Source: Escherichia coli (GTDB lineage Bacteria > Pseudomonadota > Gammaproteobacteria > Enterobacterales > Enterobacteriaceae). Taken from it: DNA of 64,000 nt. Below the pieces are notes generated by a model, which made no database searches, was not told where the DNA came from, and worked only from the letters and a program-made list of their open reading frames with translations. Position numbers and translations under genes: made by a program. This document shows, piece after piece, positions 22,473 to 33,604 of the stretch (its first letter is position 1; each line of letters begins with the position of its first letter). The stretch lies in the NCBI RefSeq assembly GCF_003790525.1, contig NZ_CP033635.1; one strand, 5' to 3'.

Positions 22473-22787
22473 ATGTTTAAAAAAGGCTTACTTGCTCTGG
22501 CACTGGTGTTTTCACTGCCCGTTTTCGCCGCTGAACACTGGATCGATGTTCGTGTTCCTGAGCAGTATCAGCAAGAGCACGTTCAGGGGGCCATCAATAT
22601 TCCCCTGAAGGAAGTGAAAGAGCGCATTGCCACCGCCGTTCCGGATAAAAACGACACCGTGAAAGTGTATTGCAATGCCGGACGCCAGTCAGGGCAGGCA
22701 AAAGAGATCCTTAGCGAGATGGGATATACCCACGTTGAGAACGCCGGCGGCCTGAAAGACATCGCAATGCCGAAGGTCAAAGGTTAA
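22473..22787 (+). CDS. pspE: Thiosulfate sulfurtransferase (rhodanese) PspE
   Basis: 104-aa ORF with signal peptide and rhodanese active-site Cys (VYCNAGRQS). Confidence 0.9.
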   Translation: MFKKGLLALALVFSLPVFAAEHWIDVRVPEQYQQEHVQGAINIPLKEVKERIATAVPDKNDTVKVYCNAGRQSGQAKEILSEMGYTHVENAGGLKDIAMPKVKG

Positions 22788-22802
22788 AAGAATCCACCCT
22801 AA

Positions 22803-22831
22803 GCGGCGCTTATGCGCCGTTTACTTTTTCT
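22803..22831 (+). terminator. Intrinsic terminator after pspE
   Basis: GCGGCGC-TTAT-GCGCCGT hairpin followed by TTACTTTTTCT. Confidence 0.65.
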
Positions 22832-23000
22832 GTTACACCTTATTTACATCCCCATAGATTATTTGCGTCAGCTCACAAATACGCTTTTTCCCTGGTAAAA
22901 AATGATTTCCTGCGTGACTAAAACCCTTGTGCTCAATTGACAGTTTATTTTCTGCGGAGTAGTCTCTCGTTTCATGGGACCGCTACCACGGAAAGGCAAC

Positions 23001-24680
23001 ATGAAACAGAAAATTACGGATTACCTGGACGAAATCTACGGTGGAACATTTACCGCAACTCATTTACAGAAACTTGTAACGCGTCTTGAGAGTGCGAAAC
23101 GATTAATTACACTGCGACGTAAAAAACACTGGGATGAAAGTGATGTCGTGTTAATCACCTATGCCGATCAATTTCACAGTAATGATTTAAAACCACTACC
23201 CACATTTAATCAGTTTTACCCTCAATGGCTGCAAAGCATTTTTTCACATGTTCATTTATTACCTTTTTATCCATGGTCATCTGATGATGGCTTTTCGGTA
23301 ATTGATTATCAACAGGTCGCTAGTGAAGCGGGGGAGTGGCAGGATATTCAGCAACTCGGTGAATGCAGTCATTTAATGTTTGATTTTGTCTGCAACCATA
23401 TGTCGGCAAAAAGTGAATGGTTTAAAAACTATTTACAACAGCAGCCAGGTTTTGAAGATTTTTTTATTGCCGTTGACCCGCAAACCGATCTCAGCGTCGT
23501 CACTCGCCCGCGTGCGTTACCGTTATTAACGCCATTCCAGATGCGCGATCATTCAACGCGCCATTTATGGACCACCTTTAGTGACGATCAAATTGACCTG
23601 AATTACCGTAGCCCTGAAGTGTTACTGGCGATGGTGGATGTATTGCTGTGCTACCTGGAAAAGGGCGCAGAATATGTCCGTCTGGATGCCGTTGGCTTTA
23701 TGTGGAAAGAGCCGGGAACAAGCTGCATCCATCTGGAAAAAACACATCTGATTATCAAACTGTTACGGTCGATTATTGATGACGTAGCACCAGGTACAGT
23801 GATCATTACCGAGACCAATGTTCCGCACAGAGACAACATTGCTTACTTTGGCAACGGTGATGACGAAGCGCATATGGTGTACCAGTTCTCGCTGCCGCCG
23901 CTGGTGCTGCATGCGGTGCAAAAACAGAACGTTGAGGCGCTTTGTGCGTGGGCGCAAAACCTGACACTACCTTCCAGCAACACCACCTGGTTTAACTTCC
24001 TCGCCTCTCACGATGGCATCGGGCTTAACCCACTGCGTGGCTTGCTACCCGAAAGCGAAATATTAGCGCTGGTCGAGGCATTACAGCAGGAAGGGGCATT
24101 AGTTAACTGGAAAAATAATCCCGACGGTACGCGTAGCCCGTATGAAATGAATGTCACTTATATGGATGCGTTAAACCGCCGCGAGAGTAGCGATGAAGAA
24201 CGTTGCGCCAGGTTTATCCTTGCCCATGCGATTTTGTTAAGTTTCCCCGGTGTGCCAGCGATATATATTCAAAGTATTCTGGGCTCGCGTAATGATTACG
24301 CAGGTGTCGAAAAACTGGGATATAACCGTGCGATTAACCGTAAAAAATATTACAGTAAAGAGATCACGACCGAACTGAACAATAAAACGACGTTAAGGCA
24401 CGCGGTATATCATGAATTGTCGCGACTAATTAAAATTCGTCGAAGTCATAACGAGTTTCATCCAGATAATGATTTTACCATCGACACGGTTAATTCATCC
24501 GTAATGTGTATTCAAAGAAGCAACGCGGATGGTAATTGTCTGACAGGATTGTTTAATGTCAGTGAAAATATTCAGCATATAAATATTACTGACCTGCACG
24601 GTCGGGATCTGATTAGTGAAGTTGATATAGTGGGTAATGAAATAACGCTGCGCCCCTGGCAGGTTATGTGGATTAAATAA
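23001..24680 (+). CDS. ycjM: Glucosylglycerate phosphorylase YcjM (GH13_18)
   Basis: GH13-like ORF; start set at MKQKITDYL (559 aa). Confidence 0.88.
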   Translation: MKQKITDYLDEIYGGTFTATHLQKLVTRLESAKRLITLRRKKHWDESDVVLITYADQFHSNDLKPLPTFNQFYPQWLQSIFSHVHLLPFYPWSSDDGFSVIDYQQVASEAGEWQDIQQLGECSHLMFDFVCNHMSAKSEWFKNYLQQQPGFEDFFIAVDPQTDLSVVTRPRALPLLTPFQMRDHSTRHLWTTFSDDQIDLNYRSPEVLLAMVDVLLCYLEKGAEYVRLDAVGFMWKEPGTSCIHLEKTHLIIKLLRSIIDDVAPGTVIITETNVPHRDNIAYFGNGDDEAHMVYQFSLPPLVLHAVQKQNVEALCAWAQNLTLPSSNTTWFNFLASHDGIGLNPLRGLLPESEILALVEALQQEGALVNWKNNPDGTRSPYEMNVTYMDALNRRESSDEERCARFILAHAILLSFPGVPAIYIQSILGSRNDYAGVEKLGYNRAINRKKYYSKEITTELNNKTTLRHAVYHELSRLIKIRRSHNEFHPDNDFTIDTVNSSVMCIQRSNADGNCLTGLFNVSENIQHINITDLHGRDLISEVDIVGNEITLRPWQVMWIK

Positions 24681-24693
24681 AAAGGAACATCTC

Positions 24694-25986
24694 ATGATTA
24701 AATCAAAAATCGTGCTGTTATCAGCACTGGTTTCCTGCGCCCTGATTTCAGGTTGTAAAGAAGAAAATAAAACGAATGTCTCCATTGAGTTTATGCATTC
24801 TTCGGTGGAACAGGAACGCCAGGCGGTAATTAGTCAGTTAATTGCGCGTTTTGAAAAAGAAAACCCGGGCATCACCGTTAAACAAGTGCCCGTGGAAGAA
24901 GACGCCTATAACACCAAAGTCATTACCCTTTCACGTAGTGGTTCGCTGCCGGAAGTGATCGAAACCAGCCATGACTACGCCAAAGTTATGGACAAAGAGC
25001 AGCTTATCGATCGCCTGGCGGTTGCCACGGTCATCAGCAACGTCGGTGAAGGCGCGTTCTACGATGGCGTTCTGCGGATTGTGCGCACCGAAGATGGTAG
25101 CGCATGGACCGGTGTTCCTGTCAGCGCCTGGATTGGCGGCATCTGGTATCGCAAAGATGTGCTGGCAAAAGCCGGGCTGGAGGAGCCGAAAAACTGGCAG
25201 CAATTGCTGGATGTCGCGCAGAAACTGAATGACCCGGCGAATAAAAAATATGGCATTGCGCTGCCTACGGCAGAAAGTGTGCTGACGGAACAATCCTTCT
25301 CCCAGTTTGCCTTATCCAACCAGGCCAACGTCTTTAACGCCGAAGGCAAAATCACCCTTGATACACCAGAGATGATGCAGGCGCTGACCTATTACCGCGA
25401 CCTTGCTGCCAACACCATGCCGGGTTCTAACGACATCATGGAGGTGAAAGACGCTTTTATGAACGGCACCGCGCCGATGGCGATTTACTCCACCTATATC
25501 CTTCCGGCTGTGATTAAAGAGGGCGATCCGAAAAACGTTGGTTTCGTTGTACCCACCGAGAAAAACTCTGCGGTCTACGGCATGTTGACCTCGCTGACCA
25601 TTACCGCCGGGCAAAAGACCGAAGAGACCGAAGCGGCTGAAAAATTTGTCACCTTTATGGAGCAGGCAGACAACATTGCCGACTGGGTGATGATGTCGCC
25701 AGGCGCGGCGCTGCCGGTGAACAAAGCGGTTGTCACTACCGCCACCTGGAAAGACAACGACGTTATTAAGGCGCTGGGAGAATTGCCAAATCAGTTAATC
25801 AGCGAACTGCCAAATATTCAGGTCTTTGGCGCAGTAGGGGATAAAAATTTTACCCGCATGGGCGATGTGACGGGTTCTGGCGTGGTGAGCTCCATGGTGC
25901 ATAACGTCACCGTGGGTAAAGCCGACCTCTCTACCACGCTGCAAACGAGCCAGAAAAAGCTGGATGAACTGATCGAACAGCACTAA
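24694..25986 (+). CDS. ycjN: ABC sugar-binding periplasmic lipoprotein YcjN
   Basis: 430-aa ORF with lipoprotein signal (LISGC); family-1 solute-binding protein. Confidence 0.88.
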   Translation: MIKSKIVLLSALVSCALISGCKEENKTNVSIEFMHSSVEQERQAVISQLIARFEKENPGITVKQVPVEEDAYNTKVITLSRSGSLPEVIETSHDYAKVMDKEQLIDRLAVATVISNVGEGAFYDGVLRIVRTEDGSAWTGVPVSAWIGGIWYRKDVLAKAGLEEPKNWQQLLDVAQKLNDPANKKYGIALPTAESVLTEQSFSQFALSNQANVFNAEGKITLDTPEMMQALTYYRDLAANTMPGSNDIMEVKDAFMNGTAPMAIYSTYILPAVIKEGDPKNVGFVVPTEKNSAVYGMLTSLTITAGQKTEETEAAEKFVTFMEQADNIADWVMMSPGAALPVNKAVVTTATWKDNDVIKALGELPNQLISELPNIQVFGAVGDKNFTRMGDVTGSGVVSSMVHNVTVGKADLSTTLQTSQKKLDELIEQH

Positions 25987-26006
25987 TCCCAGGACAGGAA
26001 TCCGCA

Positions 26007-26888
26007 ATGAACAGGCTTTTTTCAGGTCGTTCCGATATGCCCTTTGCGCTGCTGCTTCTCGCGCCCTGCTTATTACTGCTGGGCGGTCTGGTGGCGTGGC
26101 CAATGGTGTCGAATATCGAAATCAGTTTTTTACGTCTGCCGCTTAATCCCAACATCGAGTCAACGTTTGTTGGGGTGAGCAACTATGTGCGTATTCTCTC
26201 CGATCCCGGCTTCTGGCACTCGCTGTGGATGACGGTCTGGTATACCGCGCTGGTGGTGGCAGGTAGCACCGTGCTCGGGCTGGCAGTGGCGATGTTTTTC
26301 AACCGCGAGTTCCGCCTGCGTAAAACCGCGCGTTCGCTGGTGATCCTCTCCTACGTAACGCCGTCTATTTCGCTGGTGTTCGCCTGGAAATACATGTTCA
26401 ACAACGGCTACGGCATTGTGAACTACCTCGGCGTCGATCTTCTGCATCTCTATGAGCAGGCACCGCTGTGGTTCGATAATCCGGGCAGTAGCTTTGTGCT
26501 GGTGGTGCTGTTCGCCATCTGGCGCTACTTCCCGTATGCCTTTATCTCGTTTCTGGCGATTTTGCAGACCATTGATAAATCGTTGTACGAAGCGGCAGAG
26601 ATGGACGGCGCGAATGCCTGGCAACGGTTTCGCATCGTCACGCTGCCCGCGATTATGCCGGTCCTGGCGACGGTGGTGACGCTGCGCACCATCTGGATGT
26701 TCTACATGTTTGCTGATGTTTATCTGCTGACGACCAAGGTCGATATTCTCGGCGTCTATCTCTACAAAACCGCCTTTGCCTTTAATGACTTAGGGAAAGC
26801 GGCGGCGATCTCGGTGGTGCTCTTCATCATTATTTTCGCTGTCATTCTGCTGACCAGAAAACGGGTGAACCTCAATGGCAACAAATAA
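26007..26888 (+). CDS. ycjO: ABC sugar permease YcjO
   Basis: 293-aa MalF-type permease ORF. Confidence 0.88.
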   Translation: MNRLFSGRSDMPFALLLLAPCLLLLGGLVAWPMVSNIEISFLRLPLNPNIESTFVGVSNYVRILSDPGFWHSLWMTVWYTALVVAGSTVLGLAVAMFFNREFRLRKTARSLVILSYVTPSISLVFAWKYMFNNGYGIVNYLGVDLLHLYEQAPLWFDNPGSSFVLVVLFAIWRYFPYAFISFLAILQTIDKSLYEAAEMDGANAWQRFRIVTLPAIMPVLATVVTLRTIWMFYMFADVYLLTTKVDILGVYLYKTAFAFNDLGKAAAISVVLFIIIFAVILLTRKRVNLNGNK

Positions 26889-27717
26889 ACGCACACTCAG
26901 TCGCATCGGTTTTTACTGCGGGCTGGCGCTGTTTCTCATCATCACGCTGTTTCCGTTTTTTGTGATGCTGATGACCTCGTTCAAAAGCGCGAAAGAGGCG
27001 ATCTCGCTGCATCCTACGCTGCTGCCACAGCAGTGGACGCTGGAGCATTACGTCGACATTTTTAACCCGGTGATTTTCCCGTTTGTCGATTATTTCCGTA
27101 ACAGCATGGTGGTGTCGGTAGTTTCATCCGTGATAGCAGTATTTCTCGGCATTCTCGGGGCTTACGCGCTTTCCCGCCTGCGCTTTAAAGGGCGGATGAC
27201 CATCAACGCCAGCTTTTACACGGTGTACATGTTCTCCGGCATTTTGCTGGTGGTGCCGCTGTTCAAAATCATCACCGCGCTTGGCATATACGACACCGAG
27301 ATGGCGCTGATCATCACCATGGTAACGCAAACCCTGCCCACCGCCGTGTTTATGCTGAAAAGCTACTTCGACACCATCCCTGATGAGATTGAAGAAGCGG
27401 CGATGATGGATGGCCTCAACCGGCTGCAAATCATCTTCCGCATTACCGTGCCGCTGGCAATGTCCGGGCTGATCTCCGTGTTCGTCTACTGCTTTATGGT
27501 GGCGTGGAACGACTATCTGTTTGCGTCGATTTTCCTCTCCAGCGCCAGCAATTTCACCTTACCAGTGGGCCTGAACGCGCTGTTCAGTACGCCTGATTAC
27601 ATCTGGGGACGCATGATGGCGGCCTCGCTGGTGACCGCATTGCCGGTGGTGATTATGTATGCGCTTTCGGAACGTTTTATTAAGAGTGGTTTGACCGCCG
27701 GTGGCGTGAAGGGCTAA
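26875..27717 (+). CDS. ycjP: ABC sugar permease YcjP
   Basis: 280-aa MalG-type permease ORF, overlaps ycjO end. Confidence 0.88.
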   Translation: MATNKRTLSRIGFYCGLALFLIITLFPFFVMLMTSFKSAKEAISLHPTLLPQQWTLEHYVDIFNPVIFPFVDYFRNSMVVSVVSSVIAVFLGILGAYALSRLRFKGRMTINASFYTVYMFSGILLVVPLFKIITALGIYDTEMALIITMVTQTLPTAVFMLKSYFDTIPDEIEEAAMMDGLNRLQIIFRITVPLAMSGLISVFVYCFMVAWNDYLFASIFLSSASNFTLPVGLNALFSTPDYIWGRMMAASLVTALPVVIMYALSERFIKSGLTAGGVKG

Positions 27718-27747
27718 AGCGGCCAGTTTCTTTACAAGGAGTTTTAC

Positions 27748-28800
27748 ATGAAAAAGTTAGTAGCCACAGCACCGCGCGTTGCTGCGCTGGTTGAGTATGA
27801 AGATCGGGCGATTTTAGCCAATGAAGTGAAGATCCGCGTGCGTTTCGGCGCACCGAAACACGGAACGGAAGTGGTCGACTTCCGCGCCGCCAGCCCGTTT
27901 ATCGATGAAGACTTTAACGGCGAGTGGCAGATGTTCACCCCGCGTCCCGCAGATGCGCCGCGCGGCATTGAGTTTGGCAAATTCCAGCTTGGCAACATGG
28001 TGGTTGGCGACATTATCGAGTGCGGCAGCGACGTTACCGACTACGCGGTGGGCGACAGCGTATGCGGCTACGGCCCGCTCTCCGAGACGGTCATCATTAA
28101 CGCAGTGAATAACTACAAGCTGCGCAAAATGCCGCAAGGCAGCTCCTGGAAAAACGCCGTCTGTTACGACCCGGCGCAGTTTGCCATGAGCGGCGTGCGC
28201 GATGCCAACGTACGCGTAGGGGATTTTGTCGTGGTGGTAGGGCTTGGCGCGATCGGTCAAATTGCCATCCAACTGGCGAAACGCGCTGGCGCATCGGTGG
28301 TAATTGGCGTCGATCCTATCGCCCATCGCTGTGAGATTGCCCGTCGCCACGGTGCTGATTTCTGCCTTAACCCCATTGGCACTGACGTAGGCAAAGAGAT
28401 CAAAACGCTGACCGGCAAGCAGGGTGCCGATGTGATTATCGAAACCAGCGGTTACGCCGACGCGCTGCAATCGGCGCTGCGCGGTCTGTCCTACGGCGGC
28501 ACCATCTCGTATGTCGCGTTTGCCAAACCATTTGCTGAAGGTTTTAACCTCGGACGCGAAGCGCATTTCAATAACGCCAAAATTGTTTTCTCCCGCGCGT
28601 GCAGCGAACCGAACCCGGATTATCCGCGCTGGAGCCGTAAGCGTATTGAAGAAACCTGCTGGGAACTGCTGATGAACGGTTATCTCAATTGCGAAGATTT
28701 AATCGACCCGGTAGTGACCTTTGCCAACAGCCCGGAAAGCTACATGCAGTATGTCGATCAGCATCCGGAACAGAGCATCAAAATGGGCGTTACGTTTTAA
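27748..28800 (+). CDS. ycjQ: Zn-dependent sugar dehydrogenase YcjQ
   Basis: 350-aa MDR-family ORF with Rossmann GLGAIG motif. Confidence 0.88.
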   Translation: MKKLVATAPRVAALVEYEDRAILANEVKIRVRFGAPKHGTEVVDFRAASPFIDEDFNGEWQMFTPRPADAPRGIEFGKFQLGNMVVGDIIECGSDVTDYAVGDSVCGYGPLSETVIINAVNNYKLRKMPQGSSWKNAVCYDPAQFAMSGVRDANVRVGDFVVVVGLGAIGQIAIQLAKRAGASVVIGVDPIAHRCEIARRHGADFCLNPIGTDVGKEIKTLTGKQGADVIIETSGYADALQSALRGLSYGGTISYVAFAKPFAEGFNLGREAHFNNAKIVFSRACSEPNPDYPRWSRKRIEETCWELLMNGYLNCEDLIDPVVTFANSPESYMQYVDQHPEQSIKMGVTF

Positions 28801-28817
28801 TTCAAAGGAATGAAAAA

Positions 28818-29606
28818 ATGAAAATAGGCACACAGAATCAGGCATTCTTTCCGGAAAATATTCTGGAGAAATTTCGTTATATCAAAGAGATGGGCTTCGA
28901 TGGTTTTGAGATTGACGGCAAACTGCTGGTCAACAACATCGAAGAAGTCAAAGCGGCAATCAAAGAAACCGGTTTACCGGTGACCACCGCCTGCGGTGGC
29001 TATGACGGTTGGATTGGCGACTTTATCGAAGAGCGTCGACTTAATGGCTTAAAGCAGATCGAACGCATTCTTGAAGCTCTGGCAGAAGTGGGCGGTAAAG
29101 GTATCGTCGTTCCGGCTGCATGGGGCATGTTTACCTTCCGCTTACCGCCGATGACCTCGCCGCGTAGCCTGGATGGCGACCGCAAAATGGTGAGTGATTC
29201 CCTGCGCGTACTGGAACAGGCGGCCGCACGTACCGGAACCGTGGTGTACCTCGAACCGTTAAACCGCTATCAGGATCACATGATCAACACCCTCGCCGAT
29301 GCTCGTCGTTACATCGTCGAAAACGATCTTAAACATGTACAGATTATCGGCGATTTCTATCACATGAATATCGAAGAAGATAACCTGGCGCAGGCGCTGC
29401 ATGACAACCGCGACCTGCTCGGTCATGTGCATATTGCCGATAACCATCGCTACCAGCCGGGCAGCGGCACCCTGGATTTCCACGCGCTGTTTGAACAGCT
29501 GCGCGCGGATAACTATCAGGGCTATGTGGTGTACGAAGGGCGTATCCGGGCAGAAGATCCTGCCCAGGCGTACCGTGATTCTTTGGCCTGGTTGCGTACC
29601 TGCTAA
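28818..29606 (+). CDS. ycjR: Sugar epimerase YcjR (xylose-isomerase-like TIM barrel)
   Basis: Start set at MKIGTQNQAFF (262 aa); the longer upstream frame overlaps ycjQ. Confidence 0.85.
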   Translation: MKIGTQNQAFFPENILEKFRYIKEMGFDGFEIDGKLLVNNIEEVKAAIKETGLPVTTACGGYDGWIGDFIEERRLNGLKQIERILEALAEVGGKGIVVPAAWGMFTFRLPPMTSPRSLDGDRKMVSDSLRVLEQAAARTGTVVYLEPLNRYQDHMINTLADARRYIVENDLKHVQIIGDFYHMNIEEDNLAQALHDNRDLLGHVHIADNHRYQPGSGTLDFHALFEQLRADNYQGYVVYEGRIRAEDPAQAYRDSLAWLRTC

Positions 29607-29615
29607 GAGGTCTTT

Positions 29616-30671
29616 GTGAAAAGTGCAATGACAAGCTCTCCGCTGCGGGTCGCGATCATAGGCGCGGGCCAGGTGGCGGATAAAGTTCATGCTTCGTACT
29701 ACTGCACCCGCAACGATCTGGAACTGGTGGCTGTCTGTGACAGCCGCCTTTCCCAGGCGCAGGCGCTGGCAGAAAAATACGGGAATGCATCCGTGTGGGA
29801 CGATCCGCAGGCCATGCTGCTGGCGGTGAAACCTGATGTGGTTAGCGTCTGCTCACCTAACCGTTTTCATTACGAACATACCCTGATGGCGCTGGAAGCG
29901 GGCTGCCATGTGATGTGCGAAAAACCGCCCGCCATGACGCCAGAACAGGCGCGGGAAATGTGCGATACCGCGCGCAAACAGGGCAAGGTGCTGGCCTACG
30001 ACTTTCACCATCGTTTTGCACTCGATACGCAACAGCTGCGTGAACAGGTGACCAACGGCGTTTTGGGAGAGATTTACGTTACCACCGCCCGCGCCCTGCG
30101 TCGCTGCGGCGTTCCCGGCTGGGGCGTTTTTACCAATAAAGAATTGCAGGGCGGCGGGCCGCTTATTGACATCGGCATTCATATGCTGGATGCGGCGATG
30201 TATGTACTGGGCTTTCCGGCGGTGAAAAGCGTGACCGCGCATAGCTTTCAAAAGATCGGCACACAAAAGAGCTGCGGTCAATTTGGCGAGTGGGACCCGG
30301 CAACCTACAGCGTCGAAGATTCGCTGTTTGGCACCATTGAATTTCATAACGGCGGCATTCTGTGGCTTGAGACCTCATTTGCACTCAACATCCGCGAACA
30401 GTCGATTATGAATGTCAGCTTTTGTGGTGATAAAGCCGGGGCGACGCTGTTTCCAGCACATATCTACACCGATAACAACGGTGAGTTAATGACGCTGATG
30501 CAACGGGAAATGGCAGACGACAACCGTCATCTGCGCAGTATGGAAGCCTTTATCAACCACGTACAAGGTAAGCCCGTGATGATAGCCGACGCCGAGCAGG
30601 GGTACATCATCCAGCAACTGGTGGCGGCGTTGTATCAATCCGCAGAAACAGGGACGCGTGTGGAATTATGA
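29616..30671 (+). CDS. ycjS: NAD-dependent oxidoreductase YcjS (Gfo/Idh/MocA)
   Basis: 351-aa ORF from GTG with AAGAGG 5 nt upstream (alternative ATG at 29628); Rossmann VAIIGAGQ. Confidence 0.85.
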   Translation: MKSAMTSSPLRVAIIGAGQVADKVHASYYCTRNDLELVAVCDSRLSQAQALAEKYGNASVWDDPQAMLLAVKPDVVSVCSPNRFHYEHTLMALEAGCHVMCEKPPAMTPEQAREMCDTARKQGKVLAYDFHHRFALDTQQLREQVTNGVLGEIYVTTARALRRCGVPGWGVFTNKELQGGGPLIDIGIHMLDAAMYVLGFPAVKSVTAHSFQKIGTQKSCGQFGEWDPATYSVEDSLFGTIEFHNGGILWLETSFALNIREQSIMNVSFCGDKAGATLFPAHIYTDNNGELMTLMQREMADDNRHLRSMEAFINHVQGKPVMIADAEQGYIIQQLVAALYQSAETGTRVEL

Positions 30672-32935
30672 CCAGGCCAGTAACGTTAACGGAACCCCAT
30701 TTCAGCCAGCATACCCTGAACAAGTATGCTTCGCTGATGGCGCAGGGGAACGGCTATCTTGGGCTTCGCGCCAGCCATGAAGAAGATTATACGCGCCAGA
30801 CACGCGGTATGTATCTGGCGGGGCTTTATCATCGCGCGGGGAAAAATGACATCAACGAACTGGTGAACCTGCCTGACGTCATAGGGATGGAGATTACCTT
30901 GAATGGTGAACTTTTTGCGCTATCCCGCGAAACGTGGCAGCGCGAGCTTGACTTCGCCAGTGGAGAATTACGTCGCAATGTCGTCTGGTCTTCAGCCAGC
31001 GGCGCACGTTATGCCATCGCCAGCCGTCGCTTTGTTTCGGCAGAACAACTGCCGCTGATGGCGCTGGAAATCAGCATTACGCCGCTGGACGCTGACGCGT
31101 CAGTGCTGATTTCAACAGGCATTGACGCCACGCAAACCAACCACGGACGACAACATCTCGACGAAACCCAGGTGCGGGTGTTTGGTCAGCATTTGATGCA
31201 GGGGATCTATACCACTCAGGATGGACGCAGTGATGTGGCCATCAGCTGTTGCTGCCAGGTGAGCGGTGACGTGCAGCAATGCTATACCGCCAAAGAGCGC
31301 CGCTTGCTGCAACATACCAGTGCACAACTACCTGCGGGCAAAACGCTGACGCTGCAAAAACGGGTGTGGATCGACTGGCGGGACGACAGACACGTCGCTT
31401 TAGACGAGTGGGGTAGTGCATCGCTTCGTCAGCTTGAAATGTGTGTACAGCAGAGTTACGACCAACTTCTTGCAGCATCCACAGAAAACTGGCGTCAATG
31501 GTGGCAGAAACGTCGTATCACGGTAAACGGTGGCGATGCGCACGATCAGCAAGCGTTAGATTATGCGCTTTATCACCTACGCATCATGACGCCTGCTCAC
31601 GACGAGCGCAGCAGTATTGCGGCAAAAGGTTTGACCGGGGAAGGCTACAAAGGCCACGTTTTCTGGGATACGGAAGTATTTTTACTGCCGTTCCATCTGT
31701 TTAGCGAACCGACGATTGCCAGAAGTTTACTGCGTTATCGCTGGCACAACTTGCCAGGCGCGCAGGAGAAAGCGCGACGCAACGGCTGGCAGGGCGCGCT
31801 ATTTCCGTGGGAAAGCGCGCGCAGCGGCGAAGAAGAGACGCCGGAATTTGCCGCCATTAACATTCGCACCGGGCTGCGGCAAAAAGTGGCCTCGGCGCAG
31901 GCGGAACATCATCTGGTCGCCGATATCGCCTGGGCGGTTGTTCAATACTGGCAGACCACGGGGGATGAAAGTTTCATTGCTCATGAAGGCATGGCGCTAC
32001 TTCTGGAAACTGCAAAGTTCTGGATTAGCCGCACGGTGAGGGTTAACGACCGTCTGGAAATTCATGATGTTATTGGGCCAGACGAATATACCGAACATGT
32101 CAATAATAACGCCTTCACCAGCTATATGGCGTATTACAACGTCCAGCAGGCGCTGAACATCGCTCGTCAATTTGGCTGTAGCGACGATGCGTTTATCCAT
32201 CGCGCCGAAATGTTCCTTAAAGAACTGCGGCTGCCAGAAATTCAGCCCGACGGCGTTTTGCCGCAGGATGATTCGTTTATGGCGAAACCAGCGATTAATC
32301 TGGCGAAATACAAAGCGGCGGCGGGGAAGCAAACCATTCTGCTGGATTATTCACGCGCAGAAGTGAACGAGATGCAGATCCTCAAACAAGCTGATGTGGT
32401 GATGCTCAATTACATGCTGCCGGAGCAGTACTCAGCGGCATCGTGTCTTGCCAATCTGCAATTTTATGAACCGCGCACCATTCACGACTCTTCACTGAGT
32501 AAAGCGATCCACGGCATTGTTGCCGCACGCTGTGGCCTGTTGGCGCAAAGTTATCAGTTCTGGCGGGAGGGGACTGAAATCGATCTTGGTGCTGATCCGC
32601 ATAGCTGTGATGACGGTATCCACGCTGCCGCAACTGGCGCAATCTGGTTGGGGGCGATTCAGGGTTTTGCCGGGGCGAGCGTGCGCAACGGTGAATTACA
32701 TCTCAATCCGGCGTTACCTGAGCAGTGGCAACAGTTGTCTTTCCCTCTGTTCTGGCAGGGCTGTGAATTACAGGTCACTCTTGACGCGCAGCGCATTGCG
32801 ATTCGGACTTCTGCGCCAGTTTCACTGCGTTTGAACGGTCAGCTTATTTCAGTCTCTGAAGAATCTGTTTTCTGTTTAGGGGATTTTATTTTGCCCTTCA
32901 ATGGGACCGCTACCACGCATCAGGAGGGTGAATGA
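30668..32935 (+). CDS. ycjT: Kojibiose phosphorylase YcjT (GH65)
   Basis: 755-aa GH65-like ORF; overlaps ycjS stop and ycjU start. Confidence 0.88.
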   Translation: MTRPVTLTEPHFSQHTLNKYASLMAQGNGYLGLRASHEEDYTRQTRGMYLAGLYHRAGKNDINELVNLPDVIGMEITLNGELFALSRETWQRELDFASGELRRNVVWSSASGARYAIASRRFVSAEQLPLMALEISITPLDADASVLISTGIDATQTNHGRQHLDETQVRVFGQHLMQGIYTTQDGRSDVAISCCCQVSGDVQQCYTAKERRLLQHTSAQLPAGKTLTLQKRVWIDWRDDRHVALDEWGSASLRQLEMCVQQSYDQLLAASTENWRQWWQKRRITVNGGDAHDQQALDYALYHLRIMTPAHDERSSIAAKGLTGEGYKGHVFWDTEVFLLPFHLFSEPTIARSLLRYRWHNLPGAQEKARRNGWQGALFPWESARSGEEETPEFAAINIRTGLRQKVASAQAEHHLVADIAWAVVQYWQTTGDESFIAHEGMALLLETAKFWISRTVRVNDRLEIHDVIGPDEYTEHVNNNAFTSYMAYYNVQQALNIARQFGCSDDAFIHRAEMFLKELRLPEIQPDGVLPQDDSFMAKPAINLAKYKAAAGKQTILLDYSRAEVNEMQILKQADVVMLNYMLPEQYSAASCLANLQFYEPRTIHDSSLSKAIHGIVAARCGLLAQSYQFWREGTEIDLGADPHSCDDGIHAAATGAIWLGAIQGFAGASVRNGELHLNPALPEQWQQLSFPLFWQGCELQVTLDAQRIAIRTSAPVSLRLNGQLISVSEESVFCLGDFILPFNGTATTHQEGE

Positions 32936-33591
32936 AACTGCAAGGGGTAATTTTCGATCTGGATGGAGTAATCACCGATACCGCACATCTGCATTTCCAG
33001 GCGTGGCAGCAGATTGCCGTTGAAATTGGCATCAGCATTGATGCGCAGTTTAACGAATTCCTAAAAGGGATCAGCCGCGATGAGTCCCTGCGGCGAATTC
33101 TGCAGCACGGGGGTAAAGAGGGCGATTTTAACCCACAGGAACGGGCGCAACTGGCGTATCGCAAAAATCTGCTTTACGTCCACTCACTGCGCGAACTGAC
33201 GGTTAATGCTGTGCTGCCTGGCATTCACAATTTGCTGGTAGAGCTCCGAGCACAGCAGATTCCGGTTGGGCTGGCTTCTGTCTCCCTGAATGCGCCGACG
33301 ATTTTAGCAGCGCTGGAGCTGCGCGAGTTTTTCACCTTCTGCGCGGACGCTTCCCAACTCAAAAATTCGAAACCGGACCCGGAAATCTTTCTCGCCGCCT
33401 GTGCAGGGCTGGGCGTGCCGCCACAGGCATGTATCGGCATTGAAGATGCGCAGGCGGGCATTGAAGCCATTAACGCCAGCGGTATGCGCTCGGTGGGGAT
33501 CGGCGCGGGCTTAACCGGGGCGCAATTGCTGTTGCCCTCAACGGAATCTCTCACATGGCCGCGGTTATCGGCCTTCTGGCAAAACGTATAG
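32932..33591 (+). CDS. ycjU: Beta-phosphoglucomutase YcjU (HAD)
   Basis: 219-aa ORF with HAD motif I ([10 protein letters not shown]). Confidence 0.9.
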   Translation: MKLQGVIFDLDGVITDTAHLHFQAWQQIAVEIGISIDAQFNEFLKGISRDESLRRILQHGGKEGDFNPQERAQLAYRKNLLYVHSLRELTVNAVLPGIHNLLVELRAQQIPVGLASVSLNAPTILAALELREFFTFCADASQLKNSKPDPEIFLAACAGLGVPPQACIGIEDAQAGIEAINASGMRSVGIGAGLTGAQLLLPSTESLTWPRLSAFWQNV

Positions 33592-33604
33592 CAAAGGAAT
33601 CAAC